Origin: the human T2T-CHM13v2.0 reference genome, Homo sapiens
Length of the DNA stretch: 64,000 bases
Direction: 5' to 3' (one strand)
Assembly (NCBI RefSeq): GCF_009914755.1
Contig: NC_060942.1
This document shows, in pieces, positions 1 through 16,399 of the stretch; the stretch's first letter is position 1; each line of letters opens with the position of its first letter. The position numbers were made by a program, and so were the translations under genes. Below the pieces are notes generated by a model. The model was not told where the DNA came from. It worked only from the letters and a program-made list of their open reading frames with translations, and searched no databases.

Positions 1-365
1 CAAAGAGGTAAGAGGTAAGAGGGTGTAGGAGCCACACTGGCTCCTCGAGGACACAGCTTTGTGGCGTTACAAAAGCCTCGTTCCACTGCAGGGATCCTCG
101 TGTATAATAGTGATAGTTTCCAGTCTCGAGCACGGTCAAGTGCCAGGCCTGGGCTTGAGTCCTTGTATCCCTGATGTAGTTCTCACCAAATACAGCCAAG
201 AATCTAGACAAGGAAACGATATCTGGAGAGGTCACAGGTTTGCCAAGTCCTTGGTAGAGCTCCTTTCCAGCAAGTTCTGGGTGCTTACGTGGCCTGGGAA
301 TCTTGACTTCGGTACCACAGGGAGCATATATTTCCACTGATTTAGTACCCAGTGCAGAATGTGAG

Positions 366-1022
366 CGTCAACCTAAAAAAAAAAATTAGAGCTTTGTACA
401 GTGCCAGTATCAGAGCCAATGAGGTTTTTCTGAGGTGTGATTATTGCTAATTGAAAACTTTTCCCAATTAAAAACAAAAACAAAATAAAATTTAAAAAAC
501 ACACCAGAGAAAATGATCTCCTAATGTGACGAATTTATTCAGGAGTAAGCAAAAAGGATTATAAACTAGGATGCATAGCTATGGCAAGCCACAGGTGCAC
601 CTGAAGAGGAGAGAGTAAGGGAAAGCTTTTATTGGCAAAAATAAATTCATACAAGCTGCTTGAAAACAGAATTTATTGGTTCCTGGGGCTCACAGCCAGA
701 ATTGGCATCAGTTCATTGGTGGAGACGCTGTTACTGGGCAAATGTTCCTTTAAGAGCATCTTATCTGAACTGCTGCAGTCCTGAAGAATGTCTAGTGATA
801 AACCCTGTCTAGAAATACGTGCATACATGCAAGACATGGATCATGAAAAGCATGAGATGCATGAAGGACATGGAGGAATTTCTTGTGGGATTATTTTAGA
901 AAGTCCTTGAGACAGTCGTTATCTCAGAAATGCAAGCATGAACTCCCTGCCTTCGTGCCATCCTGGCTCCAATTTCTTCGGGTCTAATCAGTGATTTCAT
1001 CCTGGTATCTGCAACTTTCACA
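366..1022 (-). mobile_element. ERV1 (MER4-group-like) solo LTR, interrupted by a U4 retrocopy
   Basis: Minus strand begins TGTGAAAGTTGCAGATACCAGGATGAAATCACT and ends TTTTAGGTTGACG, termini resembling MER4-group LTRs; minus-strand AATAAA at 534-539. Family not certain. Confidence 0.55.
390..468 (+). pseudogene. 3'-truncated U4 snRNA pseudogene (5' ~79 nt)
   Basis: AGCTTTGTACAGTGCCAGTATCAGAGCCAATGAGGTTTTTCTGAGGTGTGATTATTGCTAATTGAAAACTTTTCCCAAT matches the U4 5' domain with CpG decay; no Sm site; A-rich flanks. Confidence 0.93.
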
Positions 1023-1756
1023 CCAGTAACAGGAACAGGCCAAGACACATCCAGATTAGGTGAGTGTTTCTAATTTCAGTGCATAATTTGTATTTGCCCG
1101 TGAATGAGCTGAGGAGAAAATGGTTATGAGAAAATAGTTTTAAGAAAATCAAGTACCTTTGCACTTTTTACATGTGCAATAAAAGAAGCATCTCGTTATT
1201 GCTGAGCTGCATGCTTTCTTTTTGATGTTTATATTATGGGGGATTTTAAGCTCCACCAGACAGTATGACCTGTATTAAGAAATTGTAACAATGCGTTTTA
1301 AGTATTGTGTATGTGTGGCATGTAGGCGTGGGTACGTATGGATATATATATATATATGCATACAGATATGTATATTAAAAATAATTTTGTTTCCTACTTA
1401 TTACAGTTACAAAAACAATTCCCCATTTTATTTAAAGGTTTTTATAGATTCCTTTTAATACGTGCATGATATAATTTTAATGCCTGAACCATATACATCA
1501 TATATATGTAGCATGGTTTACTTAACCATTTCTCTCCACTATATGACGTTAATGATGTTAACAAGTTTTTCCTATTATGAACAATGTGAGGATAAATCTT
1601 TGTCCATGACTGTGGTTGGGCTTCTCGTTCCTTTCTTAGGTTGGATTTTTAGATGTGAAGTTGCTGGGTCAGCGGGCATTGACACATGAAAGTTCTCTCT
1701 GATGACCTTCTCACAGGGGCCAGCGCTGGCTCTGCGACCTCCTCCTCCTCTTTCTT

Positions 1757-2030
1757 CTTTCTTGCTCTGTTGCCCAGGCTGCAGTGCAGTGGTGCGTTCT
1801 TGGCTTACTGCCACCTCCGCCTCCCGGGTTCAAGTGATTCTTCTTCCTCAGCCTCCTGGGTAGATGGGATTACAGGCATGCATCACCACGCCTGGGTAAT
1901 TTTTGTATTTTTAGTAGAGACAGGGTTTTGTCATGATGTCCAGGCTGGTCCTGAACTCCTGGCCTCAAGTGAACAGTCCGCCTCTGCCTCCCGAAGTGTT
2001 GGGATTACAGGTGTGAGCCACCATGCTGGC
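1757..2030 (-). mobile_element. Alu (AluS-like) in MOCOS intron
   Basis: Antisense Alu body from GCTCTGTTGCCCAGGCTG to GTGAGCCACCATGCTGGC. Confidence 0.93.
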
Positions 2031-2345
2031 TTTCTGCAACTTTTCTCTTTTTCCAATTTGTCTTCCCAGTCACTGAGTGCTTTCCTTCCTCAAATCCATT
2101 CTCCAACATTTCCTGAGAACCGTCAAGATCTCAGTCCCTCTTTTCTTTGTCTGCAAAGACCTTAAGCAGTGGTCTTTTAGCTGACAAACAAATGCAGATG
2201 ATTCCCCAGCAGAGACGGTGAACAGGTGCCACGTTCTGGCTCTCCATAGTTAGGGGACTGGGCATTTCTGTGTGATTCCTCCCTCTGAGGTGCAAGGCTC
2301 TGGTCACTTTTGTGGCAACGCTGTGTTTTCCTTCTCACCTGCCAG

Positions 2346-2450
2346 GTTTTGGGGCCTTGTCACAGATGCCAGATGATTTGCATCGACCAGCAAACTGGGC
2401 AACGAAACCAGCATGTTTTCCAAAAACTTTCTGAGAGTCGTGAAACAAAG
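2346..2450 (+). CDS. MOCOS: Molybdenum cofactor sulfurase, penultimate coding exon (MOSC domain)
   Basis: Pyrimidine tract plus CAG acceptor, 105 nt encoding VLGPCHRCQMICIDQQTGQRNQHVFQKLSESRETK (MOSC PCxRC motif), donor AAG|GTAAGC. Confidence 0.96.
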
Positions 2451-4130
2451 GTAAGCGTGATTGCAAAATATGACACCTGGTTTCCAATCCTGGTGTTATC
2501 AATACCAGAACTATGTTCATAATAGCACAGAGTTATTTTTTTAAATGGGGGATTTGCTGCCCATCCAAAGCTGTTGGGCTGCCATTAACCTATCCTTGTT
2601 TGTAGTTTCATTTTATTTTTCCTTTCCATCCAAGTTCTCACTTTTTTTTTGTTTTACTTCATGTATTTTTATGCTTTCCAATCTTGTTGAAGAGATATGG
2701 AGTACAAAAAAAACAAGTAATTCTGTTGTCTTGATCATTATTTTCTTTAACACAGAGAGCTCATGAAGAGTAAAGTGCCTTAATGTGAATAGAGTAGCTG
2801 CATAGAAAGAGTCAGTACATTTCATTAAACTGGAAATACATTCATTAAGCCTGGAAATTCATTTTCTTGAGGGTTAAAACAACAAAGTGTTGTTATGAAT
2901 TCCAGATTATAGAAACTGAACTTCCAATGTGTTGATTCTTTAGAAAGATTTATTTTCAGGCTTATACTTTCTGTTAGGACTTTTTGTTTTCAAAGAATTC
3001 CAGGAAGCCAAGAAAAGCAGTCAGGCTACATAGAACAATTCTTGAAAATTAACAGAAATAATGCAAACACTGTATCTACTTCCAATAATAAGCTGGCAAG
3101 TTAATTCATGGTAAAATGTGCTACATTGTTTCCTGTGTTTCTTCAAAGCCAGGGTTTTGTTTCACAGTATAGACATTTGATTTATGTAAGTTTTCTTACC
3201 AATATGGGATAGAAATGGCCTGCAGAGTAGTGCATTTGACTGTTACAGCAGCATGTCTGTCAATGCAGGCTGTGTTGTCTGGGGTGTGGGGACCTTGAGC
3301 CTGCACCATGCAGGTTGCCAGGAGAAGAAAGAAGAAGGCACAAATACAATACTAAGGTCCATGAAAATAGTGTTTCTCAGCATCACTGCAATTTTCATGT
3401 GCATGATGAACCTTTTATTTTTAAATTTTGGAATAATTTTAGATTTACGGAACAGTTGCAGTGAGAGTGCAGAGGCTGCACTTTTCACCCACATTTGTAC
3501 AAATCATGAGGAATTGGCCCAATCCCCTAGCCTGGGGCCTGGAACATGAGGGTGTCCAACAGATGTTATCACAAGAACTAACAGATCGGAGAGCATGTCA
3601 AGTCCTCCAAAGGGTCCTGAGTGGTTCACTTGCATTGATGGTTAACATTGAGCAGACTTACCTACTCTTCATTTTGGACCTTCCATCCTTATTCAGGAGA
3701 ATTTGACAAAATTAACTTGCATCATTCTTTCTCAAGGAAAATGCAGAGTTCTGCCACTGTCTTCCCCAAAAGGCTTTTACATCAGGCAGCAAACAGGAAA
3801 TGGGCCTGATGGTGGTCACAAGCTGAGAGTAGGAAGAAAGTCCTTCTGCAGGAAGTTCAGGGCATGTGGGACAGAGATGTGCCCAGCAAGAAAGAGGTGT
3901 GGGGTGACCACAGGGAAAGGATGCCTTAGAATGAGAATCTTTGGGGTCTAAAGTTAGGATTCTCTTAATGTTCCAGTGCATTCTACTGTGTAACAGATAG
4001 GAGATATCAAGTCTCAGTATATGTCTTTAAAAATCTGACTTGATTTTAGTTAAACATTAATATTTACAAAGTTATTTTAATTGCTAAAATAATCTAGCCT
4101 TTTTTGTTGTTGTTGCTGTTTTGTTCACAG

Positions 4131-4283
4131 GTGAACTTTGGCATGTACCTGATGCATGCATCATTGGATTTATCCTCCCCATGTTTCCTGTCTGTAGGAT
4201 CTCAGGTGCTCCCTGCGTTGAAAGAGAATGTGGAAGGTCATGATTTACCTGCATCTGAGAAACACCAGGATGTTACCTCCTAA
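4131..4283 (+). CDS. MOCOS: Molybdenum cofactor sulfurase, last coding exon
   Basis: Acceptor TTTTGTTCACAG|, in frame with the previous exon; VNFGMYLMHASLDLSSPCFLSVGSQVLPALKENVEGHDLPASEKHQDVTS then TAA, the MOCOS C-terminus. Confidence 0.97.
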   Translation: MNFGMYLMHASLDLSSPCFLSVGSQVLPALKENVEGHDLPASEKHQDVTS

Positions 4284-4301
4284 AAAAAATTTTTAGCATA
4301 C

Positions 4302-4307
4302 ATTAAA
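4302..4307 (+). terminator. MOCOS: Proximal poly(A) signal candidate (ATTAAA)
   Basis: ATTAAA 18 nt after the stop codon, followed by U-rich sequence. Confidence 0.55.
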
Positions 4308-6035
4308 GTTTCTCTTTTACAGTGATCTCTATTATTGTTAAGATCTGCAACTTGGTTCAGTAGAACTTGATGTTTTGAATAAGGAGAGCTCTTTTTCTTT
4401 AGAGGCAGGGAATGCTCTCACCTGCTTCCTTCTGCCTTTGACTTCTCACCCTGCAAATTTGCACTGGCTGTGCTCAGGAGAGCACTTCTGAGGCCTCAGG
4501 AACGAATGCTGCACCCACATCCAGTGAGGCTCCTGTAGGTATTTGAAGTATAATCACTTGTAATCAGATGAAATTTTTAATGAAGTTCACTGGGAAGATT
4601 GAACTTACTGCGGGTCCCTATTTTGCCATTTTCTCACATTGTTACTTTGTTTTTAGAGAGCATCTTTGGATCTCTCCAACCCATTTGTAGTGAGGAAGGG
4701 AGTCTATGCCCAGTGATCCTGGGTATGAGAAGGTGCTCCTCTCCTCCCATGTACATGATGGTGTGGGTTTATGCTCAGGGGCCCAGAGGGTAACTTGTGA
4801 CCACATTCCTTGAGGGGAGTTTCTACCAGAATATTTATATTCTGAGCAAAGGCACAGGCCAGCAATTCCTTTCCTGTTGCTTCCCATCCCTGGCCTCCGT
4901 CCTCATCCCCCACTGAGTTGATGCACTGAGGATGGCTCACGAGCCTGAAGTTACACTCAGTGATGGCTGTGCTTATGCAGGTTGTCATCCTCCCCTCCAC
5001 AAGCCCACAGGATGGTGTTGGTCCATCACCCGAGAGCCTCCAAATCCTATCGAGGGAGGAACTTTGGCATTCAGGAATCCTGTCTGTATCATCTTTGACC
5101 ACTGCTCCTGCAGCCTCCAGATGAAAATGTCCAGTGAGGAAATCTCATTCTCTAATGAAGTTACCCATCCCGCTGAGTTTCTAAGAAGTTTCTCCCTGTG
5201 CGGAGCTTGTGTGTGCCTTATCTGCTTCTGCATGACTTCCAGCCTGGGGTCTTACCCTGTCCTCTGGAGCAATGCAGAGTGAGTACATCCACTCCACATT
5301 CATTCTGCTGGCGTCCTTCTGAAGCCTGCTGTCCATGTGTGAACCCAGTCCCTTCATCATCTTCCCCCTGGATGGTTGTATTTTTCCAGTCACTTCTCCC
5401 CCAAATGTCTGCCTGCTGCAGCCCACTGCATCTTTTGAAAGCCTGTGCCACCCCATCTCTCCTGCTGCTCAGTTGGAGAGCAGGCTCCAGGCTCAGGCTT
5501 CCCTAATTTATCTGTTCAGAGCCTGTGGGATTCAGGGTCAGTTTGTTTCATTATCACATTTGTAGGACTTTGTGTTGTTCCCAGCACTAGGTGAGATTTG
5601 AAAGATGAGGTGTGCTCTGTTCTCAAGGATTGTTGAGATGGAGCCTAATGATTGCACACTCACGTGCTGTGAAGAGTTAAGGGTAAAAAGTACAACTCTG
5701 ACTCTGGTTCCTGAGATCACCGAAAGAAGAGGCAAATGAAGTTAGGTGGGGTGGGGTGGGGTTTATTGTTTTGAACTGTTTATTAAAAACGCAACCTCTT
5801 CAAAGACTCAGCACTGCCACATCATATGAGTGGACTTGTCCTCATCAGCTAACTGATAGGAGAACAATGCCCTAAAGTAATGGATTTATCCACCTACTCA
5901 GGCCAGTTTCATGCAGGAGGGAACTTTCCAGATGGCACATTGCCCCATTTCCAAGACCTTCTGCTGACAAATGCATCATATTAATTATGATGGAAAACAA
6001 GTAAGAAGGCATGCTCTACAAAAATTAGGTCACTT

Positions 6036-6724
<689 letters not shown>

Positions 6725-7732
6725 TTTTGATTTCAGACATTTTAATGCAGATCCTCTCCTTTACAGCACTATTATTTGGTTATCTACTTATAATTACTGA
6801 TTTAACATTGATCTGTTTTCACTAGACTGTAAGCTCCATGAGGACAAGTCCTGTGCCAGTATATCTCTAGTGTCAGCAGACAATACTCAAAATTTGTTGA
6901 CAGACTATTTAAAGCTGCCCCTATTTTTATCATTAATTGATTGAATATTAATTAAATATATTTTATTAATTTAAAATGAATTTTAAATGCATTTTTTCTT
7001 TAGTGTCTACCTTCAATATTTCTTGTATGAAGTTTCAGCTAAAAATGTACTTTGTGTATCTGTAGAGTGGCTTCATATTCAGAGTTTATGGACATTTATG
7101 ATTTTATGCCCCCTCCTTGGTTCTCATCTCCTGGAGTTCAGCCTTATGTGCTTCTCAAAGTGTATAACAAAATCAAAGACAATGTCATGTCCCTTGAATT
7201 TAATTCTAACACCAAACCTTGGTGTTAGAGTCACAAAAAGTCCTTTTTTAAAAAAACTTGGTGAGAACAGACAATAACTTGTCTTTCTGGGCATTCGCGT
7301 CATGGTCCTTTTAGCCAGAAGAGAGGTTTTCTTTTGCATAGTTTGGTGAGCATCAAGAATCCTTTAAGGAGGGTGGCGGTGCTGACTTCTCCCCATTGAG
7401 AGTCAGCCTCATCCCCTCCTCAGCCTTGTGGATGGAGAAGAACAGGCAGTGATATACATTTTCTGCTGTTGAAAGATGTCCGCTTATCCTTCTCTTTCAG
7501 TGAAAAGTTGCTTTTTTATTCAATATGTACTGAACAGGTTCTAGAGTTTCAGAAACAAAAGAAACAGAACCAACATTTATAGATCTCACTATAGAGGCAT
7601 CACTAATTGGGGAAAGACAGACTAGGTAATAGTCAGATGTGATATAGTATGTTTAAGCTATAGGATGGCAGGTGCATGAGTGTTGGTTGTATTATTCTTT
7701 ATTTTTTTGTATGACTTATGATATTCATGATA

Positions 7733-7738
7733 ATTAAA
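7733..7738 (+). terminator. MOCOS: Distal poly(A) signal candidate (ATTAAA)
   Basis: ATTAAA with upstream TGTA/U-rich sequence and downstream TTTTCTTTGCTTTGTTT. Confidence 0.5.
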
Positions 7739-7780
7739 ACGTTTTGGAACAATTCATCTCAATTTTCTTTGCTTTGTTTA

Positions 7781-8113
<333 letters not shown>

Positions 8114-8638
8114 AAAAGCAAACATTGAGCAAGAAAAGGTGCCAGCCTGCTGAGGTACCATCTCTGTCATTGTAACTACGCCAAAGGCAGATGGATGAGA
8201 GAAGGGACCTGCCCTTAGGCTGAAAGATTTGTTATGTTGGTAGCTGGTGGTGTTGTCTGGAAGTTATGAATTGTATTTTCCTTGTAGCTTTTTCAGAAAG
8301 CAAGCTATTTTTTTCTCTTATTACAGCTACTAAATTTTGAGTTATTCTCACCTTTATTCATTTTTTAAAATGTGGGCCTGCAAAAGTATATCTAGTACTA
8401 TAACAATATCTTTTTTCCTCTAAATTTTTATTTTTTAATTTTTGTGGGTACATAGTAGGTTTATATATTTATTGGGAGTATAACAACCCCTTAATAGGGA
8501 GAAACAACATTTGAGGGGAGGGAAAATATGTATACAATAAACAGAGTGGGGTCACATGATAACATTCTAGACATTTTGTCAGAGGTGGACCTAAAATTTG
8601 AATCTGAGCATGCTGGTATCTTCAAAAGGGGGAAACAT

Positions 8639-9057
<419 letters not shown>

Positions 9058-9073
9058 CTATAAAACTTCCATT

Positions 9074-10993
<1,920 letters not shown>

Positions 10994-11469
10994 TCAGTTG
11001 AGACACATCTGAAGAGGGATCTGGAAAACAGATCTAAAGAGGATGTCCAGAAGGCATGGAGGAGACAAAGAAAGGGAATGAAGAGAGGGAGACTTGACCA
11101 GGACTAACTGTTGAAATCAGTCCCAGAGGGAGAAAGTAGAGAAAACAGGGCAAAGATAACATTTGAATTTTTAAGAATTAAGGAAAATCATGAATTCTCA
11201 ACTTTAGGAAGCACAGTCCTGAGCATGATACATAAAAACAAATCCATGATAGGCACAGTGTAATGCAACCATAGAAACCCAAAAGACAAAGATAGAATCT
11301 TAAGTTGCAGCCACAGCAAAGAGATAAATTCCTACAAAGCAACAATAGACCAGAAGACAGAATGTTGACTCTGTCCAAAGTGCTGAGAGAAAAATCGCAG
11401 TCCTTCTAGGGTCTTCTGCTCAGTGAAGCTAAGCTATCAATCAGTCAAGAACAAAGGGGAAAATACATA

Positions 11470-11782
<313 letters not shown>

Positions 11783-12084
11783 AAGTCTCAAAAACTCAGA
11801 TAGTTTACCCAAAGTAGATCTCCTCTGAAAGAACTTCTAAAGTTTGTAATTCAGGGAGAAGGAAGTTGAACTTAGAATCAAGGACTGATAAGGAAAGAGA
11901 AATAATGAGTAAAGAAATAGATAAAAGAGTAATTATAAAAATACAGAATGAAACGATAATAGTAACACTAATGACTAATTAAAGAGTAAAGAAAAAGAAT
12001 CAAATTATCAAAAAGTAACGTTTTGTCATTGGTCATGCTAAAGAATTCTAAAGTTCTTGTATTAGAAGGAGAGTGAGTAACGTA

Positions 12085-12345
12085 GCAGCAATAACAATAA
12101 CTACAGTTAATTTAAAAGCCTGCTCTACACATGGCATGGTCTTAAGCCTTTTTAGGTAATTAACTTATTCCCCAGAACAGCCCTGTGAGTTTGATATTAT
12201 TATCATCATCACTATTTTGCCCAAGGGGAAAACTGGCCCTCAGGAGGCCAAAAGTGACTTCCCAAGGGACACAGTGGGGTGTGGCTGAGTTGTGATTCAA
12301 TCTGGCACAGTCGGGTTCTGAGCAGGTCTTCCTAACCATGGCGAT
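12085..12345 (-). mobile_element. MIR
   Basis: MIR core-like GGGGAAAACTGGCCCTCAGGAGG...GTGACTTCCCAAGGGACACAG...GATTCAA. Confidence 0.7.
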
Positions 12346-14204
12346 GTTACATTGATACTTTGTTAAGAAGTGTGTCAGCATTTTAGGAGAAGAATTAAAA
12401 GAACAGAAACAGAGTTGACAGCTTCTAAATCAATTGAGCAAAAATGGAATTAAAAATACTTGATCATGTCAAAAGAAGACAGGAAGAGAAAAAAATCATA
12501 GAAAAAGCACAATAAATGAAAAATCATATGGAAGATATAAATCCAAGTATATTAGTAATATCAATAAATGTAAGCAACTAATGGTATGTTTTGAGGGGAG
12601 TAAAGCAGAATGGTTAAATTGAATATAAAAAAATCCATATACTGCAGAAAGGAGACAAACCAAGGAAACAAAAAAGATGAAAGTAAAAGAATGGGAAAAG
12701 ATGTTCCAGGCAAATACTAACCAAAAGAAAGCTGGTATAGATACATTAGAAGCAATGATATTTTAATTATCACCGGTTTATTATTTGGCTTTAAGGCAAA
12801 AATCCTGTTTAGGGATAAAGTGACCACATAATGATAAAGGGTTAAATTCTCCAGGAACATACAACAGTTTAAACCAATAGCAACACAATACTAGAGTCTT
12901 AAGGCCCATGCAACAATGAAACAAAACATGACTGAATTATAAGAAGAAATTGAGAAATCCACAGTTATGATGGGAAAGTTCTCTCAGTGAACAATAAATA
13001 AAGCAAACAAAATTTAGTAAGGCCATGATACAGGTGAAGAACACAAATGATAAAGGAACCTTCATGTAGTGAATATACGTAGAATCCTTAACCAGACAAT
13101 GAGCAAATACATATTTTTACATGGAATATTTGTGAAAATTGACCGTGCGTTACCTAGACCTAGGGCAAATTTCAAAGAATAGGTATACAGACCACATTTT
13201 CTGACTACAACAAAATCAAATTATAAATCAAAAACAAAAATAACTAGGATATATACATAATATTTTTAAAACACTTTTGAATAGCTCATAAGTAAAAGAA
13301 AATCATAATAGGAGTTAGAAAACATTTAGGACATACCAATATTAAAATATCATACATAAAAATTTGCAAATTAAGCTAAAATAATACAAAGAACAAGTGT
13401 TATATCCTAAAATGCTTATATAAGGAGAAACCTAAAAACTTCATCTTAAAGAGTTAGAGAAATTATAGCAAAATAAATTCTGAGAAAATGGAAGAAGAAA
13501 CTAACAGAAAACAAATTAATGAAACACAGAACAAAAGGGCAACAAACATAATTTAAAAACCTAAAAAATACTACAAACCTCTGGCAAGAAAAAAAAGCAC
13601 AAACATTATTAGGACTAAAAAAGGAAACATATAACAAATTCAGCCTAAATTTTTAAAAATTGTAAGAAAGACTTCTAAATTTTTATGTTCCTCAAAACAA
13701 ACTCTCAAGAGATATAAAGCAAAATGGGAAGAATATTCTAATCCAACTAGAAACTAAGGTTAAAAAATAATAGGAAGAACTTAGAAGAGAAATAAAGAAT
13801 TCTATAATCACAAGAGGGAAATTTGAATACATCTTTTTCAGTTATTGACAGAAATAGCCTTCAAAAAGTTAGTAAAACTATAAAAGATTTGAACAATGTG
13901 ATTTACAAATGTGGCTTAATAAACATACACAGAACGCTGAAGTATGGGATTGTTGTTACCATTCTGATAAAAATGTTTTCTAATGTTTCATTAGAATATT
14001 TCTAATATTTCATTGTGATTTTGCCTTTTATACACAGATTATTTAGAAGGGAAGATTAGAAAGGAAGAAATAAAACCATTTTCATTCACAAATAACATGA
14101 TTGTCTATGTAGAATATCCAAATAGCTTTTTAAAAGAAAAGAGAAAAACTCCTAGAACTAATATAAGTGAGGTTAGTAAAGTCACAGGATGTAAGATCAG
14201 CACT

Positions 14205-14314
14205 GCTGAGCTTAATATTTTGCTGTTGCCATCTTGAAATTCTGAATAATTTTTGAACAAAGGGCTTCACATTTTTATTTTGCACTGAGTTCCACAAATT
14301 ATGTAGCTAGTCCT
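14205..14314. mobile_element. MER91-like hAT-Tip100 fragment
   Basis: CATCTTGAAATTC...TTTTGCACTGAGTTCCACAAATTATGTAGCTAGTCCT resembles the MER91 terminus. Confidence 0.6.
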
Positions 14315-14790
14315 ACCTAAGATGTCATAGTAGCTGTGGTCCTTATTCAAGAGTTATCTAACTGCAATGTCCACATTAGCTTTATTTCCAACCATAGTCA
14401 TTGGAAAAATTTGCTCAGTGCTTTACTCTGAGAATTTGTCATTGATTTTATTTATATGTTATTCTCAAAAAGATGGTTCTTCAAAACCACCTCCATGAGA
14501 GACTAAGAAGGCCAATGGGAAACCTGCTTTGCTCCTCATACGCTATTCTTTCATGACTCCAAACTCTTCTTATCCCAGTATATCCAAGCTGCTCTTGATG
14601 GATCACACATTGCTGCACTGCTAGCAATTACACATGGCTCTATGTACAAATCTTCAACGGTTGGATCACACTTTAGGACGAAATAGGACTGAATGAAGTG
14701 GACAGCAAATGCTGACTTGCCCCTGACACCTCTTTCAATCTCTTGTCCATATCCTTGGAATGTTGCTAAGCCCACACTAGCCCACAAAAC
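14315..14790 (-). pseudogene. Old processed pseudogene of RRAS2 (TC21), 3' part missing
   Basis: Minus strand gives GYGQE, GKSAFAVHFIQSYFV..DPTVED.Y..PCVI and, in shifted frames, EEFGVM, FEE, QILRVK, FPM..VGNKA. Colinear with R-Ras2 and intronless; CVI and FPM favour RRAS2 over RRAS. Confidence 0.82.
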
Positions 14791-14999
14791 CCCAATCCCT
14801 AGGTCCAGCTCCAGATGTCTGCCTGGCAGGCTGATAGAGAGTAATCAGGTGAGCCTCCAAAAGGGCGAGTTCACTTAGGGGTACCACTGCACCAGAGGCT
14901 GGTCAGGGTTCTTTGAGGGATAGAGATGTGTGGTATCTGGCTGGAACATGTGGTAGCTAGTGAGGGGCTCTCTCCTCAGCACCTGCTCCCTCTTAATAT

Positions 15000-16115
15000 C
15001 TTTGGATTTAACTTACTGTTGTTTTTGTTGTTGTTGTTTTACTAACTTATTGGAATGAATGCTTAATTAATTTATTCTCCTTTTTTCCTAATATATTCTT
15101 ACAAGCCTATAGATTTTCTTTTAAGTACTATTTTGGCTTCATCTCAGATTTTGATACATAGTATTGTTGTTACCATTCTGATAAAAATGTTTTCCAATAT
15201 TTCATTGTGATTTTGTTTTTTATACACAGGTTATTTAAAAGTGTGTTTTTATTCATTTCCAAACATATGGGGTTTCTCTAGGTTATTTTTGGTTGATTTC
15301 TAGCTCAGTGGCATTATAGTCAGAATACACACTTTGTATGATTTCAATCGTTGAAATTTGTTGAAACTTGCTTTATGGCCCTGTCCAAAAAAAAATGGTT
15401 CATGGTTTACAGTCATCATAAAAATGGTCAATTTTTATAGATACTCTATGTGCTTGAAAAGCATGTGTATTGTGTAGATATCTTTGCTTTCTTCCTGATT
15501 TTAGGAATAAGCCTTTCAATCTTTCACCATTTTGTATAATTTAGCTATAAGGTTTTTGTAGGTGCATTTTATGAGGTTGAGAAAGTTGCTTTCTTATTCC
15601 TAGGCTGCTGATAACTTTTATTATGGGGGCATTTGAAGTTTGTTAAATGGTTTTACTGTATCAATTGATATGATCATGTGATTTTTCTTCTGTGGTTATT
15701 ATGGTGGACTATATTGATTGGTTTCCAAATATTGAAATAGTCTTGCTATTCCTGGATAAACTCCATTGATCCTGATATTTTATTTTTTTCATATATTCCT
15801 GGGTTTGATTGCTAATATTTTGTTGAGGATCTAAGCTCATGAGGGATACTGGTCTGTAATTTTCTTTTCTTGCACTGTCTTTGTCTGGTTGCCAGAATCT
15901 CTGAATACAATGTGTATTTGTCTTATTAATATTTTTCTTTCTGCTGCATCAGTTTTTGCTTCATGTATTTTGGAGCTATGTTATTTGGTGCATTTCCCCT
16001 AAGATTGCTATGCCTTCTTGATGGACTTATTCCTTTATTGATGTGTAATATTCTTTGTCCTTAGAAATTTTCTTTGCTCTGCAGTCCAATTTATCTAATA
16101 TTCATATAGCCATTT
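15000..16115 (-). mobile_element. Old L1M ORF2 fragments (antisense)
   Basis: T-rich antisense L1 motifs, e.g. TCAATTGATATGATCATGTGATTTTTCTTC and GCTAATATTTTGTTGAGGAT. Confidence 0.75.
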
Positions 16116-16399
16116 CTGAGGATTATAAGCTCCTATCACTTATGAACATAAATTCAGAAATTCTTTAAAAAGTAGCAAACTTTGTTCAGTAATATCTGCA
16201 AAGATGATATATTATGACCATGTTGTATTAATTTCAAGGATGCCGAGGTTTACTTTTAGAAAATAAGAGATTAAAGGAGCAAGTCAAATTGTCTCAGTAA
16301 ATGAAGAGAACAATTTTGATAGAAATTCCACATTCACTTGTAATTAAACACACCTTTTAGCAAGCAGAAGAAATATTAGTGTAAATAATACTAACTGCT

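Noticed and set aside
1686-2165. 159-aa ORF and similar ORFs containing [12 protein letters not shown] or LVETGFHHV
   Set aside because: Translations of antisense Alu sequence.
5745-5761. GGTGGGGTGGGGTGGGG as RNA G-quadruplex in the MOCOS 3' UTR
   Set aside because: Only three full G-runs plus GG; a common motif.
8489-8498. Perfect CArG box CCTTAATAGG
   Set aside because: Isolated, ~25 kb from FHOD3 in AT-rich DNA; expected by chance.
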